Both the position numbers and the translations under genes were made by a program. A DNA stretch of 63,772 nucleotides, counting the filler, from Globobulimina sp. (lineage: Eukaryota), in the NCBI GenBank assembly GCA_003354225.1. It is 21 parts of 21 records of this genome, joined end to end, with 100 filler letters (N's around TTAATTAATTAA, not from the genome) between each part and the next. Parts side by side here need not be neighbours in the genome. Positions count along the whole stretch, not along the records: positions 1 to 2,946 come from PIVH01004270.1; positions 3,047 to 5,992 come from PIVH01004271.1; positions 6,093 to 9,037 come from PIVH01004272.1; positions 9,138 to 12,082 come from PIVH01004273.1; 17 more parts are not named here. One strand, written 5' to 3'. The notes beneath the pieces are model-generated. The model was not told where the DNA came from. It worked only from the letters and a program-made list of their open reading frames with translations, and ran no database searches. Positions 1 through 9,615 of this stretch are shown one piece after another (the stretch's first letter is position 1; each line of letters starts with the position of its first letter).

Positions 1-322
1 TGTCCTATTTCATTTATTGATTTGTTCATTAAAAATTATTAACATAAACAATAGGATTACATTTATGTCACAGCCATGGCGTTTGCAACATATTTAGAAT
101 AATAAGATATAAATCGTTGTGTTTCATTTTTGCTTCAAACTTTTTATTTAAAGACTTAGATTTGATCGGAAAGTGCTATCTGAGCCCATTCAACTAAACT
201 TTTGAATGAGTAGATAAATAGTCATAAATACTAGACCGGCGACGCGGTTCATCAACATCATGTTTTTGTATTTGGCTCCCTAACAAACTTTAATTTAATA
301 ATTACAAAAACTGAAAAAAAAA

Positions 323-1786
323 TCAACAACAAGCAGCCCCTACATTGCTAGCATTATTTGCAGCGCCAACAGGAGAACAATCAAATAGACCATAATGTGT
401 GCTCATATCACCAATAACTTTAAAATGTGGCGCTAGCCATGAATTGCCAACCATATTAGCAGTATTGCCACAAACTAACATCGGTTTATTTGTAACAAAT
501 CTATGATGATCTTTGGTTAAAAATTACTTTATTTTTGCATCAAATTAAACATATATAAATTACGTATATTATGTGTTGATGCAAAAAAGAAGTAATATTT
601 AACCATCCAAATCATAAAAATCCGGGTGTTCTTTAATTGTTCCATCATAAATTGCAACTTGCCCAAAATCCTCACATTTATCCTCAATTTGTTGATTTTT
701 AAATAATCGATATGTAATACTGTAAAATTTAGCATTTCCCAAAATTTTTTTCAACTCAACATCTTGCACTTGGATTTCTGACACAGTTAAAACACGGGGA
801 TCGGCAAAACCAACCTCTTGGCAGATTCTCCTAAAATCCTCAATATACAATGCACCGCCTAAGCATTCGCCCACTAATACTGAATGGTTGCGGATTTCTT
901 CTGATAATCTACGATCACAATAAACATCACTGAAATAAAACTCGCCGCCTTCTTTTAACACTGAATGAGCACCGGCGAGCACCTGGACAATGAATAATAT
1001 TAATTATAATTAGAAGCTGGGCAAATAATAAACATATAAAATATAAATAACTTTATCTTTTCGTGGCGATAGATTTACCACACAGTTTGAGATGATAATG
1101 TCAACAGATTCAGGCTCTATATATGTGGATAGCATTTCAATATAACCTTTTATAAATTGTAAATTTGATTTTTTATATTTTAATGTTTTTGTACAAAATT
1201 CATCAGAAAATTTCCTAGCAACTGCTAATTGTTGATCAGTCATATCAATACCGATAACATTGCCATATTCACCAACTAACTGTGACGCAATGTAGCAATC
1301 GCGACCAGAACCACTGCCTAAATCTAAAACTGTTAAACCGCTGATTCCAAATGGTAACGGACTACCACATCCATAATATTTCTCACTTACTTCCGCCGGT
1401 ACTTTCTTTAATGCTTCGCGAATGGTCAATGGCGGTGCGCCGGATGTACAGCAGGCTGTTGTTTTCAAATCTGATGAAGTGGATAACGTTTCGCCATAGT
1501 ATTCTCGTACCATGTCATGGAATTTAACTTCTTCTGCTGTTTCAATCGGGGTTGTTTCTGGTGGCGTTGCAATTGTTTGTGATGTTACAAATGCTGATGC
1601 TCCAAATATTGTATATTGCACTGGTGGTCGCTTCAAATGTGCCATGTAGATGAGTGATGACCGCATTCGTGATCGTAATCCTAATGATGACCGCATTCGT
1701 GATCGTAACCCTAATGATGACCACATTCGTGATCGTAATCCTAATGATGGCCGCATTCGTGATCGTAATCCTAATAACGCTTTCAT
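323..1786 (-). CDS. AS3MT: Arsenite (As3+) S-adenosylmethionine methyltransferase, 3 exons (1786-1052, 982-604, 510-323); alternative start at 1645
   Basis: Motifs DLKTTACC, YYGCG, VLDLGSGSGRD, IISNCVVNL, GECLGGALY and VCGNTA, with a C-terminal CC-stop. GT-AG introns 983-1051 and 511-603 restore the frame. Confidence 0.93.
1656..1775. repeat. 30-bp tandem repeat, 4 copies (gatgaccgcattcgtgatcgtaatcctaat)
   Basis: Four near-identical adjacent units with no spacers. It reads (MRSSLGLRSR)n on the minus strand. Confidence 0.97.
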
Positions 1787-1841
1787 GGTTGCAAAGAGTA
1801 AACTGACGGTCAGCTTAAAAAAAACACATATTTCACATAAC

Positions 1842-2946
1842 ATGTCTCAATTCAACTCAGTTCGCCGCTCTCGGTGCAGTTTATGTGTATTTATCACTTT
1901 TATTTGTATGATAGGATTCTTTTTGCGAGAGGAAATATTTATTGTTACCATGCTGCACAATCAAGAATTGTCTCTGGAAAATAATATAAAGTCAATACAG
2001 ATATCGGCAATAACTCGACTGGAAGAAAATAATGACATTCATTCACAAATATTGCAAAGAGATAACACGAATGATATTGACAATATTAATGAAAACATGG
2101 ATATTGACAAAGTTGATGATAATATTCAAAATATATTTTTTGATGATGTAAAATTCAATCAATTACTGGAATATTCATGTTATATAAATACAAAGTTACA
2201 TCCAGCAAACTGGTTGGAATTGAATGACCAGTTATTTTGTCCTGTGAAATTTTCACAGACATTAAACTCTCAAAATACAATAAGTAATGCAGACGAAAGA
2301 TTGTTACGCGCATTGTATAAGTTACAATTTAAAGAGAATTGCTTTGATGAATCAGAATCAAATAGGTTTTTGGTGTTTGATATGAAGACAATGGGTACCC
2401 GCGGTTTAGGCGCAGTTATAAATGCTGGTTTATTAAGGATTATGTTTCGTGCAATGTATTCAAATCGTACATTAATATTAAGTGGGAAATGGATGTGGAC
2501 AAAAAAACGGCCATACTGTTTGCATGCGAATACCACTAAACAGATTCGTGGAATGTCTTGCTATGCATTGCCAACATCCAACTGTAACTACCTTAAACTC
2601 ATTAAACATTTTGGTGTTGAACAAGAATATCGAGGGAGAATCCCACTGCATTGTGATATTGGCGATAATAAATCATTGCCACTGTGTAAGGAAAGAATAT
2701 AATTACCATAAATAAAAGAGGCGATGGATGGGGATATTTCCCAATGCCATCGGCTATGGATAGATGGTTATTATCTCATTATAAAGCAAATTATAAGACA
2801 TTTAGGGCGGTTACTACATCATTTTTTTTCCGATTGACTGCAAATGTGCGCAAAATAATATATAATAAGCTGAAGAATGCATGGCGAAATTCACTGGCAA
2901 TATATAATAAGTCGCAATATATAAACCCATTCTTGACCGTATCATT
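1842..2946 (+). CDS. Type II membrane glycosyltransferase, FUT8/GT23 (alpha-1,6-fucosyltransferase)-like, 3'-partial
   Basis: Short N-tail plus TM plus stem, then LQF..C...FLVF...GLG......AMYSNRTLIL..W, matching the FUT8 pattern LQNP.DC...LVC...G.G......AY.T.RTLIL...W. The frame continues after a 35-nt intron (2686-2720) or a frameshift. Confidence 0.6.
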
Positions 2947-3046
2947 NNNNNNNNNNNNNNNNNNNNNNNNNNNNNNNNNNNNNNNNNNNNTTAATTAATT
3001 AANNNNNNNNNNNNNNNNNNNNNNNNNNNNNNNNNNNNNNNNNNNN
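2947..3046. other. Artificial contig-joining spacer (first of 20): N44-TTAATTAATTAA-N44
   Basis: The identical 100-nt block with a six-frame stop linker recurs every ~3.04 kb, and the intervening contigs shrink monotonically from 2946 to 2938 nt. Confidence 0.99.
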
Positions 3047-3322
3047 GAGCTCTTTTTTATTGGTTGGTTCTGTTACATTTAAAACCTTCTGTTTATAGCT
3101 ATCCTTGGTATAAACTCCGATTTTATCCACCACAAATCCTAAATATTCAGTCTCCGATGCGCCCCATATACATTTATCAATACGTAGCTTGATCCCGTGC
3201 TGTTGGATTCGCCTAAATACTTCGTCGAGATGTTTTTTATGGTCCTCGAGGGTTTCAGATACGATGGAGATGTCGTCGATGTACACCAACACATAGTCGA
3301 GGCCATCAAATATGTCTTGCAT
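3047..3322 (-). mobile_element. Ty3/gypsy LTR retrotransposon reverse transcriptase fragment
   Basis: MQDIF...VYIDDI.I.S...EDH..HL..VF.RI...GIKL...KC......EYLGF is the YxDD palm and thumb of Ty3/gypsy RT. Upstream RT motifs are absent and the 3' end is cut by the contig edge. Confidence 0.9.
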
Positions 3323-3521
3323 AGTTGTTGAGCTATTAATTTTGTGTGCTTTTGTTGTTGAGCTATTAATGTTTTGTTTTGCTCCATCAAATTCCGTATG
3401 CATATTTATTTTTAATTTTAATATATTTGAACATGTCAGAATTATGTAATTGTCAGCATAACAACATTCATGTAATAACACGCGATTTATAAAAACGGTC
3501 TATACTCCGTTTAGGTACCAG

Positions 3522-3589
3522 TGCTACTTTGAGCGCGTAATATTTATGCTATCTTGAGCATGTAAATATTTATGCTACTTTGAGCGCGT
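3522..3589. repeat. Short degenerate tandem repeat (tgctactttgagcgcgt...atattta), about 3 units
   Basis: tgctactttgagcgcgt occurs twice with the variant tgctatcttgagcatgt between them. Confidence 0.75.
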
Positions 3590-4036
3590 CAACAGCTTAG
3601 TACGGCAACAAAAGTTATCCGTGTGTTGGTGAAAAAGAACATAAACACTTCTAACGTGCTACGAGAGCACTTGGCCAGTTAAAAATGTCATGCGGTCGAT
3701 AGTTCATTTTGGTGAGCCTAAGCTCGGTGCAGAATTTGAGACAGAAACATAAATTATTTTATTACATACAAACATTCTCTTTTTAAACTGTTTATTCCAT
3801 TGACTCATGGTCGCTTTTACGGTTCTCTCTCTCCGTTCGATCAATTAGAAACGGTCGACGCACCAATTATGGTATTCCTTGAATAATGAGTAGACGATGT
3901 AGTTAGTAGCTTGAGGCTATAATACTAATTTATAATTCAAGGGCTTACATTAGGGGGCTATAATATGGTCAATTTACCACAATATCTCTCCTTGCACAGG
4001 TGCTACGACAGAAACAGAAACACAAAAATAATAAAA

Positions 4037-4104
4037 TGTGATGATTGAGATTTGAACCCAAATTTTCTGCATGTAATTAGATGTTTTCCTTAAGCTATCA
4101 TCAC
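4037..4104 (-). pseudogene. Degenerate tRNA (Val-TAC-like) or tRNA-derived repeat, copy 1
   Basis: Reverse complement has a perfect acceptor stem GTGATGA/TCATCAC, TAGCTTAA A-box, T-arm TTGGG-TTCAAAT-CTCAA, and a damaged anticodon arm TCT..TTACATGCAGA. Confidence 0.7.
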
Positions 4105-4801
4105 TTTTTTTTCTTTCATAGTTAAACGAGTATAAATTTGATGCAAATACCTCATCCCCCTCGACCCACGACGTACAGAATTCTTTTTGAAAATCGATAA
4201 TCATTTCTCGCATCTTATTATTTTTGCTCTCATTATTTGCACTTTTGTCGTACCACTTTTCCGCTCTGAACAACGCGATATCTGTGCGGTACGCGGCGAG
4301 CTCAATAATGTATATTTGCTGTTGTTATTATTTATGTTTATATTATCATTTATATTTGTGAAGATATGCGTGTTTTACTTTAAGTAAGCCACTAATTAAC
4401 CGAAACATAGCTCGCGTCAATTTCGATTTTATTTTCATCGGTAATTGGTTAGGTTTCATATCAAAATTCCACGGTAACTGCATATTGTTGGTGTCCGTAT
4501 CAATTAATTGTTTCCAAAGTTATATTCAGCACTATTGGACAGCCAATTCTCTCTCATAATTCGATCAATTCATTGGGTAAATCCGCCACTAAATATCTCA
4601 TTAAAAACATCACCATTCCATTCCTCTCACCGTAGGATTCGAACCTACATCCATTTGCCTCCAAGCTTTTTCATGTTTAACATTAAATGCTCGACATGAA
4701 AAACTTTACCTCTGTAATGTCGAGCATGCAGTCATGTTCTTGTTTGTCTGAAAGGAAGGCGAACCGCAAATGCAATCTCAACCAACGCACAGTCCTCAAA
4801 C

Positions 4802-4872
4802 TCCTGCCTAGCTCAAGCAGAGCACTGGATAAATATATCCAGAAGATTCAGGTTCAAAGCCTGAGGCGGCCC
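4802..4872 (+). pseudogene. Degenerate tRNA-like sequence, isotype not assignable
   Basis: CTGCC-TAGCTCAA..AGAGC-A-CTGGA(8-nt loop)TCCAG-AAGAT-TCAGG-TTCAAAG-CCTGA-GGCGG. D-loop GG is lost and the acceptor stem is partial. Confidence 0.6.
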
Positions 4873-5511
4873 CAACAAATATATTTAAATAAATGAGAAA
4901 CGCTTGCATTTACGAGTATAATACGCTTGCATTAAACAAATATATGGGTATTTCCGAGTATAATACGCTTGCAGCTAAAGCCCTTCGGTATTAAACAAAG
5001 AATGGTTTCTAACTTTTAAAGCCCCAAACTAGCGTCAATATTTTCAAGAAGTCTGCGCCGTTTTGACAACATTTGTAATTATTTCAAGAAATATAAAACC
5101 TAAAGTTTTTGCCGTTTGGTTTCATGTAATATTTTCCAAAATAAATTAACAAAATCCGAAAGTATCCATAATATATTTATTTCACAATCATATCCATAAT
5201 ATATTTATTTTACAAACCATCTCAGGAAAATATTCTTGTAAAATCTGCAGTAAGTTTCAAGTAAAAAAAAATGATTCTTTAAATTTTCCAGTTTCAAGTT
5301 AACGTCACATAGTGAGACGTCCATATACACAAAAAGTAACTTTACTGGCTGCTATGTTGTTAGTACATAATATGAAAAAGCTTAACCACCTCTGGAATAC
5401 GGACTATTGTTGTCTGAAGTTCACTAAATCCAAGTATCGATTCTATTGAAATATTGAAACTAGATTATGAAGACCTTACCGCCTGACAATTGAATGCTAC
5501 ATTTGTACATG

Positions 5512-5992
5512 TTATTCGTTCAACAACTCGACAGAATATCCGATGACATTCATAATTATCGCAGCTTTATAATCTGTAGCTTCTATATTCGTAAAAGCAG
5601 TGCCATAATCAACACCATTTACAATATAGGACAATGTTAATTTATTAAAATCCAAAATCATCTCTATTCTGTGATCCTTTGCGTCGGAACAACGCACAGC
5701 ATATCGAATTCCTGTACTTCCACCTCCTTCAGTCACTAAACAGCCAGATCCTGCAATCAATCCATATCCACCTTTTGTTTTTACAGGATCCGTAAACCAA
5801 TGATCAAAAGGTGGTATATCTGCACTCACCTTCCAGATTCCAAACACATTCCAACCCCAACCGAAACGAGCACGTTTTTTGTGAGCAATAAACTTCCAAT
5901 GATGAATGCCTTTGAACTTATAATGTGCCCTATTTTTTAAGAATACAGATCTATACCCATTAAAAACTTTGATTTTTCTTTGTTGTCGCTGT
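5512..5992 (-). CDS. SPRY/B30.2-like domain protein, 5'-partial
   Basis: Frame is open from the contig edge. G.HHWKF...FGIWK...IEMILDF..LTLSY.VNGVDYG.AF....T.YKAA; clear paralog of 12183-13364. Confidence 0.7.
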
Positions 5993-6093
5993 NNNNNNNN
6001 NNNNNNNNNNNNNNNNNNNNNNNNNNNNNNNNNNNNTTAATTAATTAANNNNNNNNNNNNNNNNNNNNNNNNNNNNNNNNNNNNNNNNNNNNC

Positions 6094-7533
6094 GAAAAAA
6101 CGAATAACAACAATTGTTGTGACAAACACAATGCGTATCTCCGTCGAAGAAATGGTAGCAAGAATGCGAATGCCAATGGCAATGCACAACTAAGCGCGGT
6201 CACGTTTAAATATCCGGGCCGATTCGCCACGTTGACGCGTACCATCCTATTAAACGAAAGTCTCACTGCCATGGAATTACTACGTAAGATCAGCCCTTCA
6301 TTATGCAACCAAGCGCCTGACGCGAAGAAAGTATTTGAATTGTATTACATGGATGAAATCTATCCTTTCATCAATAAACATGCACAAGAAACCATCAACA
6401 CTCGCTTGACCAGGAAAGAAATCGCCAAATCATGGGATTTACAAAGCAATCATTTCCAAAAAATCTACGTCAAACGCTCTGAGCTGTTGCGTACCAAATG
6501 GAACGAAATGAAGCATGAAACGAGAAACACATCGCATTCCACTTCCTTTTCGAAGATAAATAAGCCCATCAACCAAACCTTCACCGTTACCAACCATCAT
6601 CATCACGAAAAAAATGGAGCTGCCCAGGACAATGGGACTGAGAGTGACAGTGAGCTCACGGGTTGCAGTCAAACAGTAATCTTCAAATATTACTCAGTGC
6701 ATAGCAGTGCCAAGACCAACCGGCATATTTTTATCAGCGCGCCCACCAAAAAGGCGCTCTTTTGTAAGATCAAGTTGTCGCTAAATAGCACCCCGCCCTC
6801 TGCTCAGGACATCTTTGAGATTTATTATTACGACGAGATCTTGCCCTTTTTGAAGAAGTCAGGCCAGCAATCCATTCGCGGCAAGAAAGACTTGAGCAAA
6901 GTGTGGCAAATCCAAACCAAGACATTCAAGAGTTTGTATGAGCAACGCTGTAAAATATTGACTGAGGAATGGCTGAAAATGAAGAAGAATAATAAGATAA
7001 AGAAACAGTCGCAGTCTCGGAGCGCTTCTCTGTTACTGAACAAACAGGAAAAAAAAATAATGATTAATAAGCATAAAATAAATAAGAAAAAGTCAAAGAA
7101 AATCAATATAATACGAATAGAATGCAGTTTGATACGAACGTTGTTAAATTTTTTATTATTTGTAGAGTGTACACGAAAACAGGATTGCTTTATGTTATTA
7201 GTGGATGATCAGAGTAAGAAATCCAAGAAATACGAGAATTTGAAGTGTCATTTGCGTGGAATTGGTGGAGAGGAGAAGGAGAATATAACCTATTTTCATC
7301 TACGACTATTTATTGATAATTTTGACTGTGATTCGTTGAGGCTGCATACGGGACAATCTGTGATAAAATTGTGTTTTATTAATCCTGTCAATACCAATGA
7401 AGAGTTGATATTATTTGAGTTGCAATGGAATAAATTAATAATGAAATTAAATGAGAAGATTGATCATGAAAATATTGAAGCAAATCTTGATGATGACACT
7501 CGGATTATTGCTATTAATGTGCCGTTGTTGTAG
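6094..7533 (+). CDS. Protein with two HMG-box-like repeats and a possible C-terminal alpha-crystallin/HSP20-like domain, 5'-partial
   Basis: Duplicated P.A...FE.YY.DEI.PF..K......K...K.W..Q...F...Y..R...L...W..MK. The C-terminus IDHENIEANLDDDTRIIAINVP resembles the last ACD strands. Confidence 0.55.
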   Translation, partial: EKTNNNNCCDKHNAYLRRRNGSKNANANGNAQLSAVTFKYPGRFATLTRTILLNESLTAMELLRKISPSLCNQAPDAKKVFELYYMDEIYPFINKHAQETINTRLTRKEIAKSWDLQSNHFQKIYVKRSELLRTKWNEMKHETRNTSHSTSFSKINKPINQTFTVTNHHHHEKNGAAQDNGTESDSELTGCSQTVIFKYYSVHSSAKTNRHIFISAPTKKALFCKIKLSLNSTPPSAQDIFEIYYYDEILPFLKKSGQQSIRGKKDLSKVWQIQTKTFKSLYEQRCKILTEEWLKMKKNNKIKKQSQSRSASLLLNKQEKKIMINKHKINKKKSKKINIIRIECSLIRTLLNFLLFVECTRKQDCFMLLVDDQSKKSKKYENLKCHLRGIGGEEKENITYFHLRLFIDNFDCDSLRLHTGQSVIKLCFINPVNTNEELILFELQWNKLIMKLNEKIDHENIEANLDDDTRIIAINVPLL

Positions 7534-7851
7534 GGATTTTGTAATGTTTAAAATTTTTTTTTAATAAATAATACATTTAAATTATATATTTGCAAGACTA
7601 TACTTGGAAAATTTGGACTTTTCTTATTTTATTTGTGTATTCCAGTGTATTGTTTTATATTTTAAAAATATTAAATGTATTTGTTAGTTTGGTTTGTGCA
7701 AGGATAGAAGCAACACATTTGACATTACATTTCCGTTTTAAAGGAACACAAGTAACATAGAATATAATTGGTACACAGAATCAATAATATTATTAGTAGC
7801 TTTGTGATGATTAGATCATTTCCATAGTTGACTTCAAAAAAAAAAGGCACA

Positions 7852-8607
7852 ATGTCTATAACAGTATTAAAGGCACAGAATGAAAATATTAATGTTCCAA
7901 ATGAATTGAAAGATGAAGAAGAGAATAAGTATGAAGATCAACAGATGGTGAAAACATCGATTAAAACATATGTTTCGGAGGATGCAGTATATACAGCTTT
8001 CACGTATATTTTTTTCATATATTGTTTAGTCACTGTTATAACATTTGGTGTTATTCTTGGTGAATTTGAGCAATTCTCAGAAATTGCAGTTTATATCTAT
8101 TACTCCGGACAATTATTCTATCAAACATGCGTAATTATTGTCTCTTATTTTTCGTTAAAAGATACATTTGAAGTAAATGTCAAACATCACAGCGCCACAT
8201 GGTACGAATTAATATTTTATGTCAAATTCTTCTTCTGCTCTTTATTCCATTTAATATCATTCGTTTTATTGTGCTGTGGCATAGCCAGTATTTATAACTC
8301 TTCGTACCACCACGACAAAGCAGTGTTTGTATTGATGGCTGTAGCTGATTTATTGAGCATTATTAGCATTCCATTTCCTGGCATCGTACTATTCAAATTT
8401 GACCATTTAAAGAAGAATGTGTCAGTAATACCTAAAGTTAGTAAAATTAGATCCCACTCAGTATCGCTAGCGCGAAGTCAAAATACTCTCAATGCCTCAA
8501 TGTCATTGTCAATTACATCTGGATTGCTATCAGAAACGATAGCAAATAAGAGTCCTTACACAAGTGCCAAATCACCATATTTGCCAGTCGAAGGTATCTT
8601 ATTTTAG
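7852..8607 (+). CDS. Hypothetical 4-TM membrane protein
   Basis: Intact ORF with four hydrophobic segments and a Ser-rich tail. Confidence 0.65.
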   Translation: MSITVLKAQNENINVPNELKDEEENKYEDQQMVKTSIKTYVSEDAVYTAFTYIFFIYCLVTVITFGVILGEFEQFSEIAVYIYYSGQLFYQTCVIIVSYFSLKDTFEVNVKHHSATWYELIFYVKFFFCSLFHLISFVLLCCGIASIYNSSYHHDKAVFVLMAVADLLSIISIPFPGIVLFKFDHLKKNVSVIPKVSKIRSHSVSLARSQNTLNASMSLSITSGLLSETIANKSPYTSAKSPYLPVEGILF

Positions 8608-8665
8608 AATATGTTCACACAACTCACTGAACTCAAATGTATATATAAATATATATTCAGCTAAT

Positions 8666-9037
8666 ATGTCATTCAGTAATTATACTAGTTCGCCTTCAAC
8701 AGCGTCACATCTTGACATGAGGAAAAATCATTTCTTTGAAAAGGAAATGATGGCTGCAATGTGTTCTGTTTATGGCATTCATTTTTTAGTGTATATGATA
8801 ACTCCATCTGTTGCTAAACAAAGCTTTCAAGAACGGATAACATTGATGTATGATTTGGAGATTTCTGCTGATTTTCGAGGTTTTATTTATACTGCAAATC
8901 ATGTGTTTCTTCGAACATTTTATGGAATGTGTTTGAATGGCTTATTTTTTGCATTTTTCGCTATGGTGGTGGCCAGAGATCAGGAAATGTATTACGTTAA
9001 AGGCCAAAATGAGTTAAGTGATTTTGAATTGGTCAAG
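8666..9037 (+). CDS. Hypothetical membrane protein, 3'-partial
   Basis: ORF open to the contig end with two hydrophobic segments. Confidence 0.45.
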
Positions 9038-9137
9038 NNNNNNNNNNNNNNNNNNNNNNNNNNNNNNNNNNNNNNNNNNNNTTAATTAATTAANNNNNNN
9101 NNNNNNNNNNNNNNNNNNNNNNNNNNNNNNNNNNNNN

Positions 9138-9480
9138 TCCCACCTTTTTCTTGATTGATTGTATTTTTCTTGATTGCCTCAATAAAGTTTGGATCGTTGA
9201 TATCATTGCGATTTTGGTTTACATAATTATTGAGATTATGTGGTAAATATGGCAGATGAGAGTATTGTGAATTTCCCTGTAACAGATTCGGGAAATTATT
9301 GTTTTGTGATAAGTCTTTTATTGAATTGGCATTGATATTTGCTATATGATTGGACTTATAATTTGGACAATGCATAGAAGAGGTGCGGTGTACTGATTTA
9401 TTTAGAAAATGCAATGTAATCAGATTACATATAATTAACATGATGACTACTGCACATATTGGTGTGTTGTTAGAAGACAT
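9138..9480 (-). CDS. Hypothetical signal-anchor (type II) protein, 3'-partial
   Basis: N-terminal hydrophobic anchor followed by an Asn-rich stem, open to the contig edge. Confidence 0.5.
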
Positions 9481-9615
9481 GGTGAGGTTAATAAAATTTA
9501 AAAACCATTTACTTTTTGTTGCAGTATTTTCCGTTTGTTGGGCACATCAAGTGACAAGTGGGTAAATAGAATATATGTATATATTACAAATTTACAATTT
9601 ACAATACACTGAAAT

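Noticed and set aside
323-331. AS3MT C-terminal TGT-TGT-TGA as selenocysteine readthrough
   Set aside because: Terminal CC is normal for this family, readthrough gives only FFFQFL from a T-run, and I could not identify a SECIS downstream.
1656-1775. 30-bp repeats as a CRISPR array
   Set aside because: Units are contiguous with no unique spacers, the context is eukaryotic and there are no cas genes. The same applies to 18270-18383.
1650-1841. Plus-strand (DDRIRDRNPN)n as the N-terminus of the glycosyltransferase
   Set aside because: ATG 1842 gives a normal short tail plus signal anchor, and the extension would overlap the AS3MT 5' end. A repeat with unit length divisible by 3 can stay open on both strands by chance.
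2991-3002. Recurring TTAATTAATTAA palindrome as a biological element
   Set aside because: It is always centred in N-runs and is a six-frame-stop linker added during concatenation.
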